Below are positions 25,318 through 37,300 of a stretch of DNA of 64,000 nucleotides, piece after piece. Under the pieces are notes generated by a model, which saw only the letters and a list, made by a program, of their open reading frames with translations, had not been told where the DNA came from and ran no database searches. The position numbers and the translations under genes were made by a program. Source of the stretch: Dimorphilus gyrociliatus (lineage: Eukaryota > Animalia > Annelida). The first letter of the stretch is position 1. Each line of letters starts with the position of its first letter. Where the stretch lies: contig CAJFCJ010000004.1 in NCBI GenBank assembly GCA_904063045.1, forward strand, positions 1,977,713-2,041,712, written 5' to 3'.

Positions 25318-28300
25318 AGATCTGTATTAATATATAAAATGCATACATGTTATTTTCTTTGTAAAACCAGTAATCGTTTTGAAAGGAGAGTTGGTTTCTA
25401 GTATTCTATTTGAGTACATAAAACGCTTGAATTATGTATTTGAGGCGAATCGCGTGCTTCTCTAAACGCTTGTAAGCGCCTAAGCGAAGCCGTTACACGA
25501 TTTTCCTTTTCGTAATTGTAGATTTTTCAACTAAGGCCCATATAAAAAAAAACAGAGAAAAAGAGACTGTTGAAAATGTTATTTCTCTTATTTAAATTTA
25601 TAATAATACTGAAAGAAAAGAGAAACAAAGAAATAATATTAAATACAGATGATTTATTAAAACTTATGAAAAAGATTTTAGGTTTTGATAATGAAAATGA
25701 TTACTTCATAAAGATATTATGCTAATGGAAAATATAATGAAAATATCATAGAGAATTTTAAAATGGAGATCTTACTTGTTATTAGTTTGAAAATGATTAA
25801 AGAGAAAAGGAATGATATTTCGTTAAGTTATAAACCGTACATTGACTAATGAAAGTACCCACATTTTATTGTTAATGCATTTAGTACCTGATGATCGATA
25901 TTATCTGGAAGATAAAATGTCTAGATTAAAAATTAAACGCTTTTTTTTACACTTTACTAAATATAGTTTGTACATTCTGTATTCTCAATGTAGCTCATAA
26001 ATTAATATAACAAAATAGATTATATTTTCTTATAGAAATACTATCTTTATATTAAAAGATAGAAATTTGAAAAGACAAAGTTTATCTTATATTTATTTTA
26101 TAAAATATAACAAACTCTACATCATTTTTTAGAATATCAAAAAAAAAGCCACAAAGCGAAATGCAGAAGCGCTTTGCGAGTTGATAAAAAATTTATAGCT
26201 TATGATAAATGCCATATTAGTGGCTCATAACATATATGCTGTTTTTAGCACTTCTCCTACCATGTATTGAGTGAGTGGGAGAAAGAAATTGAGTGGGTGA
26301 AGGAATAGGAATGATATTAGTAAGATATTAAATAAATGGTTTATGGAAAGAAGCAGTGTAGAAGTAAAATGAGGAACATATACTGAATCAGGAAATAGTA
26401 AGGAGAGAAGGAAAGGTAGCGCAAGACCTTCTGAAAATATCCCTTTAAGAAGAAATCTTCCCACCGATTTTCTTCCGTAGGACGCATTAACGAAATTCGC
26501 TCTATTTCCTTTTATGCGTGGTTAAGTGCATTAGAGACGATTTTCGACGTTACAACACTCTTTAAGTTCCTTGTCTATTTTAAAATATGACAATGGATAT
26601 TCATACTCGAAGAAGAGAAAAAATAAAATATGATTGCGTTTCCTGATAATATAATACTAAACGTTGAATTTATATTTTCATAAAATCTGTAAGATATTCC
26701 GCGTTTAATTTACAAATAGATACTCTATTTTTTGTTACCAATCTCTAATATGAAATTTCTTAATTAAACGCAAATAAACAATAGATTGATTAGGCGTTAA
26801 CACCTCTTTTAAAGATATAACAATGCAAAAATGTATCATTATTTTCGCAATATACATATAAGAATTACCTATAAAAAGTCTATTTATATACATTTATATG
26901 GAAATATATCGAAATTTATTTTTACTTACTATCCCTTTTATATGGGCTTATTTCTATTATAAAGTATTCACAGAGCAAAAATAAATTCAATGTATTAATA
27001 AATCACTTTCTAAATAATTCAAATATAATATTACGTAACTCTGAACGAATACAATAGTTAAGGCTATTGGTACATAAAAGGAAATTTTTCAACCAATGCT
27101 TAATGAAAAAGGGATATATTTTTACGTTAATGAACGCATATCTATATACTGTATAAACCTTTATATGTGTATACATATTATATATTAGTATATATCACTG
27201 TGAGAGGGCGGGAGAGGGTACAAAAAACTCAATATGAATTATATTGGTATATACTGACATTAATTCATTAAAATTCATGTCAATAGGCCTTAAAAACAAA
27301 TTCAATGAATATTACTTTAAAAACCATATAAAAACAGAAAACTATATTAATATTAATACCCTGATAAAAAATTGCTTTAAGTCATTTTCTATACAAAAGT
27401 AAAGAAGTAGAAATTATCAAGAATATATATGCAAAAATATACATATATACATGTATGAATTCATTTTTTCACTATAATTTTTAATATATTCATGTATATT
27501 GATTTATAGAAAAAAAGAGGGGTTTGTTGTGCGAGATTGTTCATAAATGAATTCTAAACGAGAAGAGAGATGATAGCTTTTATGTTAAAGCTACAAAACA
27601 GACATAAAATTTCCTAGTTTATAAAAGAAAAGAGGCTATAGGAAATTTATTATTTGGCATGAGACCTCATGTACTACATATTTTAGATGTTATAAATGCA
27701 ATATTGTTCTTATATTTATAAGAATTACCCTTACTTTACCTTAATCTTTTTTGCGAAAATCTGTTAAAAATCGTACGACCTCTTTATTTTCTGATGAATA
27801 ATAGAGAGAGAGAGAGAGAGAGAGAGAAAGAAAGAGAAACAGAAGAATGTATAGAAAAGAAGTTTATTTGTTTCTCTTGACCATCACAGTAATATACTTA
27901 ACAAAGAGAAGAAAAGGTAAACGGATATAATATATTTTAGAGGGAATTTGCAAGGCCTATATAGTTTAGTATCATTTGAAATACTATAAATTCCCAAAAG
28001 TAGATATAGACTAGTTAATTATTTAAATAATTAGATATTTTCTCAATATTTCGAAAGGAGAAGACATTTATTTAATATTACACATATGCTCTCTTGATAT
28101 TGCCATTTTAAAATGATTTTATATACAAATATAAGAGAATTTCTTTGGCACTTGCTTAGTCAATTAAAATTCTACTCAGACCCTCCTTACGACGATCATA
28201 AACGAAAGCGTATTAAGGCAACTCGTTATCTCACACAATATTGGAAATTATTTTGATAAACGCGCTTAATAAAAGCATAAAACAAATCAAGCTACAAGAA

Positions 28301-31300
28301 TACGGAGCGTGTGGTTCATTATTCTACAATAAAAGCTAAATAATTAACTTGTTCCTACATAGCACAGAACCAGGCTAATTGATTCAATCTCCAGATTCTA
28401 CTTTTCGTCTTGTTCGTTGTTTGTATGTATTTGACTGTCTTTGCTTTACACACAATATACAAAAGCCTATTGTTTTCAGCAAGGTCGAACCGTAACAAGT
28501 TTTACTTTTTTCTACTTTTTTTAAACAGTTTTGTCCATTCCGGAACGTCTACCAAGGACGTACAAACAACTTATGACGAATTAGACGGGGAGGACGGAGG
28601 AAAGCGCCCTAAGGGTGCTGAAGCGTGTTGCGCAAGATGTCTAATAAATCCATGCAGTTGTTCAAAACGTTTACAAATAGCCATTATGAGCAGCATCGGA
28701 TTTATGATCTCATTTGGAATAAGATGCAATGTAGGCGTTGCTGCTATCCAAATGCGTGCCAACCGTACAGATGATGAGGGAAATATTCAGGTAAGATTTC
28801 TAATAATTTTTTTACCGCGAATCGTTTGCATAAAGTTTAAAAATAGGACATTTTAAAAGATTAACTCGATTATTCATAATTATAAATAATTATTATTTAT
28901 GGTAGTAATCATAAATACAATTACAACTGAGGCTAGTGGTTATAATAACGATTGGAGTGAGAAGAAAACCATGCGATAATCAATTATAATTAACAGTTTA
29001 TTTCGTAAATTAATAAGATATATTGCACTATTTCTCGACACTACTTAATCGAAATCTCAATGACAAATAATCCAATCAGAGGGTCATATAATCATTGTTA
29101 AGGAGAAACTGAGAAGAAAGTTGAGCGATTAGGGCTGCGTGACGTCGCAATTCGCCACCTGCGTCAGCCTGATGATTATTTCTCGCCGGCTACGATATGA
29201 GCATGAATGACAAGCGGTGCTTGCGGCGCCAATCTCTATGTATGATTGCTATTGCGCTTTTCCAATCTAACGCCGCTTCCGGACCGTCTAAATCAGGCAC
29301 CCGTTACAGTTTATGCAATACTTTTCCTTATCACATTTTCAATTGTCCGTTCCGTAATTGACACTTCATATAGGCTTATGTTTGTTTTTAAAAATAGCTA
29401 GTATTTCAACATAAGAAAAGAATATGAGAGAGAGAAGGGAGAGAATATTAATATTAATAATGAAAAATTTAAAATATCATGAATATTCATATTGACTTAT
29501 GGGTAAAATTCCTCTATATTAAAATTAATTAATTCCTACCCTGGATTTATTTTTTCAAATGTACTATATTCCACGATTAAACTCCATTGAGATAGTAAGT
29601 ACATTTGTACGTAGTGTAGGATTAACTGCTGAGATACTAAAAGAAAAAAAGCAAAAAAGCATAATAAAACTTGGACTATCAAAGAAAAGTTTTAGTTCAG
29701 AGTATCCATTGAGTAGAGTGGAGAGGGAGAAAAAAATCAATTAATGTTTTGTTAGTAATGGAGGGAAAGGGGTTATGGAGTGTGTAAAGGGAGGGAAAGA
29801 GAGAAAGGGCGGGGGGAGGGAGACAGAGAGAGGAGGTAATAGAGGGAGACAGACAGACAGAGAGAGAGAGGTAAAGAGACAGGGAGATATGGACAGAGAG
29901 GGAAAGAGTAGAGGTGTGGTAAAGGGAAAAGGAAGTGTTTACAAAATATTGAATTTAACAATAAAGAAAATATAATTATTGTTTTCACTTTTTTTGTTAA
30001 GTGAAAGAGTCTATTCCTTCAGACAGGAAGTTGAAAATGCTGATGTAGACTTGCGAGGTAAATGATCATCAAACATTGACATAAAAAGTCCATATTGCAG
30101 ATAACAAAGCAACTTACTTAAAAAAGTCAACGATATTTGTTTATACAACTCTGCTTGAATTGACTTCGGTCGATATATGAAAAAGTCTACATAACTTAAC
30201 ATATATACATATACTGTATAATGTAATTTATTTCTATATCGAACCCTTTATTATAATTATACCATATTCAGCATAGTAGTTAAAAGTTGCATATTACGCA
30301 TTAACAAACCATTTTTTTTTCTTTATTCACGAAAGATCGTTCAATGGTTATTAATATCATAAAAAATAATGGCATTAAATGTTGAATCTGATCTTCTATA
30401 TCAATATAAGAATAAGGATAGTGTAACCATTAGTTAACTACTAACTAAACTAATCGACAAAATTGATCCTGCAGAAAATTAACAATTATTTTCTAGTAGA
30501 CGCTGTAGTGACTTGACCTAATTAAACAGCAAACAAAGCATAGTCAAATATAATTATAATCTATTAAATTTTCTCTAAGTTTTTTTTCCACTATTTCAAA
30601 AAGAAAGTAAAGTTACAAACATAAAAAGAAAAGTAAAGGAATATCAGTTTTCTTTCCGGTTTGGAAAGAATGAAATATTTTTTGTCAAGTTAATTAATCA
30701 ACTATTCTATCGACATTTCTTATCCATAGAGTATATTGCGTAAAGAATGATGAAGAATTATATCAATATTAGTGATTTTTTTTCCTTATATTATTTTATG
30801 GTTAAGAAGAAGAAAGAAAAAAGACCAAAATTTTCTTTGTTCTTATTGTCTCTTTCTCTTATCTTTTAGCCTTTTTCTTTCTCTCTCTTTCTTTCTTCTT
30901 TCTTTCTTTCCTCCTTTATCTCTTTCCTTCTTTATTCCTTTTTCTTTTATTCTCTATCTTTCTCTCGCTCTCTCTTACGTTATGTCTTGTAGATGATTTT
31001 AGAAAAAAAGGTTCTAAGGAATAGTAACTAGGAATGATATAAAATAATCTATAATAAAAATAAACTGATAGATCAACAACCTAAATTACTGCTTTGCGTG
31101 CAATTTATTATTACTCTGAATATTTTTCATGTTCATAAATTCCAGAAGCAATAAAGTAGAGTTGAAAACCTTTAGAAAGTAGAATTGGCTAGATGCGTGA
31201 TATTTCTGATTATTGTTTAATGTATTTTATTGTTGGAGAGACAAAAATGTGAAAAAGTAGAATAACTATACACTCTGTATATAGACTATGTATTTATGCA

Positions 31301-34300
31301 TAAAGTACGAATATACAATCATCGTTTTTATTTCCAGTTCCTTTTTTTTTTCTCGCTATAAAACGTTTAAATAATAATCTAGCAAAAGACAGTAGATAAG
31401 TAAAATAATTACTTTATCTATATTCAGAATAGGAAGAGAGAAAAAGAGAGAATGAAAGAGTAGAAACGGGATTAAATAACTTTTAGGGTTGACTACTTTT
31501 TTTAATCAAGGAAAAAAATAGCTAATCTCTAATGAAAAAATTTCTGATTCTACATTTTGACGTTAAGTACTTATAAAGCCACGAAGCTGAAAGTTTTAGT
31601 AAAGCTCTTATATTTTTACTAGTTTATACTTATTTCCTTTATTCAAGTTATAAAGCGGCTTATGTGAAAATAATTTTTTTTTAATTAAATTTAAAGAGTC
31701 GAAATTAATTGAAATACAGTTTCTAACCACTCTTTACTCGTTTTCTTTCTTTATTTCTTCATTCATTCACTCTTTCTTTCCTTCTCTCTCTCTCTCTCTC
31801 TCTCTCTTTCGTTATTTTTGACTATTCCTAAAATACTATTCGATATTTTATGTTAAATTATATTGATTAAATTAATTAAAGATAAAAAATTAATGTTCTT
31901 GAACAATATTTATAGATATCGTTAATTGAATTAGTTTTTTAAAAAAAATGGACTGGATGGTCGTTTTTTTTTATCAAGCAAGGCGAGTTAAGTGGATATA
32001 ATTTACAATAACATTAATATTTAATCTTGTCTATTGCAACATGCGATTTAATAATCTTAATAAAATTATATATGTTGTGCACCTATGTACTATAGATTAG
32101 CTGTTTGGGTACGGCGACGACGTAACGCCGTGACCTAATTAATCAGCAAACACATGGCACCTTGCGTACACAAAACGCTCAAAAGAACGCCGCTCACGTG
32201 CTCCATCCGCTTCCGCACTGTCGATTCGAATCTGGTTGCAATATGCATATTATATACACTTATCTATATCGCGAAAGAAGACCTCCTTCCAGACGCTTTT
32301 CGATTGAATTCTAATTACGTAATGGATCTTTATTCCATCGGGACAATCAAAATGGCAACAGGCAATAGGGATCGCTTGTCTTATAGCAGCGAAATTTTTT
32401 TCGATTCGTAGATAATTACTTTTCTATTAGAAGTTTCTTTTTTTTGCAAAAAAAAAACAGAAAGTATTTATACTGCAAAATTGAATACAATTGAATATTT
32501 TTTTTTCCGCAGCCACCAGAGTTCAACTGGAGTTCTGAAACAGTTGGTCTTGTTCAGAGTTCCTTTTTCTGGGGTTATTTGGTAACCCAGATTCCAGGAG
32601 GTTATCTGGCATCGCGTTTACCAGCTAATAAGTGAGCGTTTTTTTTCATTTAAAATAGATTATATAAATAATTTTAAGTTTTATTGGAGAATTTCTTTCG
32701 AATTGGAAAAATCGTTTAAATCTTTCAAAGTGAAATAAAAATAATACTATAGACTTTTTATTGAATGTTTACAATGAGTTTTATAAAAATGTTTGCTTTT
32801 TGTTCTTTTCTAAATAGAATATTTGGACTAGCGATAGCCATTTCTTCCTGCCTAAACTGCTTTATGCCAGGCGCCGCAAAAGTTCATTGCGGCTTAACAA
32901 TCTTCCTGCGAGTCTGTCAAGGATTAGTTGAAGGTGTCACCTATCCAGCATGCCATGGAATATGGCGTCACTGGGCACCTCCTCTCGAGCGTTCTCGACT
33001 GGCGACCATTTCTTTTTGCGGTAGATATAATATATATATATATATATATAATTTTTTTTTTCATTTTACTTCCTCTTTTTTTTGTTGACACTGATTCGAT
33101 TTTGAGGCTTTCGCATTCTCGCGATTCGGATTTACGGCCGTTATTCCATTACGATTTAGCTAAAGTGAATTCGACTTGACAGGCTGTTAGTAATGGAACG
33201 GGACTGTTATAGAGTAGCTGGGAAGCTGTTTCAGGATTGCGCATAACCTTTCCGTAAACAGGAAATGTCTCTAATTCTCTATCCTATCTTTACTTTCTTT
33301 TTAATTTTTAACAATCTTAATAATATTTCTTTTCCTGAAAGTAGCTTAATTATATAGTCACGATAATATTAAGCATCCACGGGGCAATACAACATAGGAG
33401 TAACAAAATTTAATCATAATTAAATGTAATTACTGGTTACAGTTACATTACATTAACGTTATTGTGCACGCTTCTAAAAAAGAAGAAAAACTGATTGTTC
33501 TCCTTGACTAAATTATCCTAATATAATTCCCCCTTTTGTGGATAAGCTAGGTTTTCAATTACATATACGTTCTCTCTTCTTCCTCCATAAGCTGCACACT
33601 TTATTAATGAAATTGTAAAAAGAAAAAGAAGAAAAAGAGACCTAGAAATTGCTGAATTCGCCTTTTCTCTATCTCTACTTATTCTATTGCATGGAGTTTT
33701 TATGAAATGCTATAAGAAACTTAGGAAATTGGTAAAGAATCAATTTAAAAAACTTGACAAATAGCAATTTAGATAAATAGTATTCATTAGCTGTTTTAGT
33801 TTCAACATTGAATCCTCTTCCCATCAACGGATTATATGACTTAATACTCTACCTGTTTTTGAGGAATAGTTTTTTTGAGATACCATATTGCTTATTCATA
33901 AGATATAAATCCATATTTAATATTTCCCATCAGGAAAACAAGTCACTGTGTCATGGCCAATTAGAAAATATATCTCGAGAAAAGATGATAAAATGAGATT
34001 ACTCCTTCATTAGTAAATTTTTAGGCTTCTCAATAAGCTGACACCTTATAACATCAATCAGTTTCACTATGCAAACGTACACATATATGTAGAATATAAT
34101 CTTCTCATTTATTTATTTATTTTGCCCTTACAGTCTTTTATTTTTTCATCAGAAGGATTCAATAAAACAATTTATAGTTCTATTTACACAAAGAAACTTC
34201 CGCTTCATTAACCGAATCACTTGAAATTGATAATTAATTATTGATATTAAATATTGATTGAAAGTTAAAGATTCAAAATCTTTGTATAAAAAATTTCTTA

Positions 34301-37300
34301 TACAGTATCGCCGAAGACAGAAGACTTGTCTTTTATATTTCTCTTTACCATCTTTATTAAGATATTCAGAGGTCCGATATGGATATAGATGTTTTCTGTA
34401 TATACAGTATATATTAAATACAATACGCTGATCAATATTCATAAAACTGATCTACCAAAAAGAAACAACAAGAGAGAAACAACTTAAGAGAACAAAATCC
34501 TAGTACAATTAATTACCAAGTTAAGTGATTCTTACATAATTCCTTCAGGAGAAAATGAGATAAAAGGAGAGAACTTTGATAAGCTAGTCACCTAATAAAC
34601 TATCACCAGTTAGAATTGAAACTTGAAATACGTAAATATTTATAATTTTTGAAATCTCGTCGTTAGATAGATATGATTGTAATTAGAGATTTTACTAGAA
34701 AGAAAATAATACCACTTGACATTTTTTAAAATGAATTGAAAAGGTTACAATTACGTAATATTGACAAAACATGCTGTATTATGGAATTGTTTTAGGTTAA
34801 ACAAATAAGTTTTGTTCCGTATTTTGAACTGTAGCAAAATGTATAATGTAAATAGAATTTTGTTCCGATAAAGAGAAAGTAAATTAATGAATAAAAAGGT
34901 ATGGGGAATGGGGATGTTTTTCGGGAAAGAACGATGGAACGCTGTAGAAATTCTTGTGAAATATTCATAGACCAAAGCATTGTAGTAGATTTGCCCACTT
35001 TACGGTAGGATAAATAATGAATTATCGCCATGGTGATCACCTAAACCATGGCTCATGCTAGAACTATTACTCACCGGTGATACTTCACCTGAATTAATTT
35101 TGACAATTTTTTGAAAAGGAAGATGAAAAAATTAGAAAAAAAACATTTGGTTGAAGCTAATTGAATACTGAATAATTAAATAATTGCGTGCATCGGTTTC
35201 TTAATACAGGCCTGTAGAAACACTCTAGGGTTACCCAGGCTACGTTTAATCGGCCTATATTGGACGCTCACCCATTTTTTCCGTCTCTTTCAATTATTTA
35301 CGCGTAACGCTCTGATGTGCAGTGACGAAATCGAATTATTTCAGAGTAGAGCTGTTTGTAAATATATATACTTTACGTATATAATTTTTTTCTTATAAAA
35401 CATATAATGCATAAAGTGCGTACAACTTAAAGAAAGGTTGAAAAGTAAGAATATCAAAAGACTTTTAAACATATTAAAGTATAAACATACATCAATAGAT
35501 ACTTTTTCTGATCACTAGTTTTCTACATCTTTATTTCCAGTAATGAATTAATAGAAAGTAAATACGATGAAAGCGACCTAATCAATTTTTGCTTTAAATC
35601 GCAGACAAACTCCTTATATTTTTATATAGTTTTTATGTATTCTGACAAACGCCTATATGATATATTGATAAAAAAGAAATCGTTTGAAAAAAAGAAATTG
35701 TTTATAAAATGATTTTTAAATCATTTATTTATTGAGGAGTAAAATGGAAAAATCAGATAGAGGTCTAATCATTGTTACATTTTCACCATTTCAACACAAA
35801 CATCAATTAAATTAATCGATATAATATCGGCTTTATTTCCTGATTGAACAGGTTCGTACGCCGGGGTGGTAATCGGTCTACCATTAAGCGGTATCTTAAC
35901 TGATAATCTAGGATGGGAATCCTGCTTCTATTTTTACGGTGAGTACCTTTTCATTTAAATTTAATATACCTTGTTTCTACGTTTGTTTTTGAGGCGAGGT
36001 TGGAAAATAAAAGAGATGAAGCAAGACATAATATATTTGTATATAAATATATATATATTTATATATTTATATATATAGACAGAGAGATAGAATAGATAAA
36101 GAGGGAAAGAGAGAGAAAAGCAATGGTATACTTAAAAAGATTGACTAAGTAATTCATATATATCTCTCTCTTTTATTCATGCAGAATGAAAGTATTTTCT
36201 TATATTCATACGTTTCTAAAAGCCCTTTATTATAAATATATATATATATATAACGCATATATCTTTTTTATTGTTCATTTGATGCTATATATTTTTGTTT
36301 TTTAGTACTTTGAGTTAAATTGAATAGAAAATGACATTGAAAGTATACAATTTTGCTCTTACTAAAAGTCACTTCTACAATATAATAATTAATATCTTAA
36401 CCATTATTCTATTAATTCTTAAAATATAATAAAATGCAAAATTTTTTACAATCAATTTCACTGCTAATCCATTACCCATTACATCATCCCATGAGTAATA
36501 TCGTCTTTATCATCCATTTTACTTTTAAAAGAACTAAGCCTAGAAGATGAGCTTTATATTCTAAAAACTTCATTTTATAAAAACTTTTACATGTTTCCAA
36601 GTAAAGGTTTTGCTATAAATTACAAAAATTATTCTCATATGCATTTAATATTTGATAATTATAGAACTATTAGCTATTTACTTTTACGATTTATATCATA
36701 GAGCAAACAACAATAATAATAAAACTTCATTTTCGAATAAAATCAATTGGGGAAAAAAATTGTAATTACACCTATAAAGGATTTTTCTCGTATAATGCAA
36801 AGTTGAACAATGAAATTTCTATATAGGACTAAAAAATTATCCTTTATAAATTATTGTAATGTATTTGTAATAGTTTCATATCCTTTCTAGAATTTAGATT
36901 TTACTGTTTGTTTATATTATTAGTAGTAGAAATAAAAGACAAATTCATTGGTACAATAATAGAAAAATATAAAGGAACAAAAGGGAAAATGTACTGTGAA
37001 GGCAATAGAGAGATATTTATAAAAAAAAGAAAAAAGCTACATATTAGAAAGAAATCATAATCTTATAATTGAATCTTCATGTGTATTTAATATCATTAAT
37101 GACATATATTTGTATTATTTTTGATGAAAATCGATCTTTACAGGAGCTTTAGGCCTGATATGGTTTAGTGTTTGGTGGATGCTTTCTTACGAGAAGCCAG
37201 CAATCCATCCGACAATTTCCGACAGAGAACGTGACTATATTGAATCATCAATTGGAGAAAATACAAGCCCATTACCAAACGAAGTAAAAACAGTTGTTTA

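Noticed and set aside
28410-28528. Hydrophobic N-terminus of ORF 28410-28856 as the VGLUT start
   Set aside because: It is the polypyrimidine tract/intron; the acceptor at 28528 joins in phase with the exon at 20277-20368.
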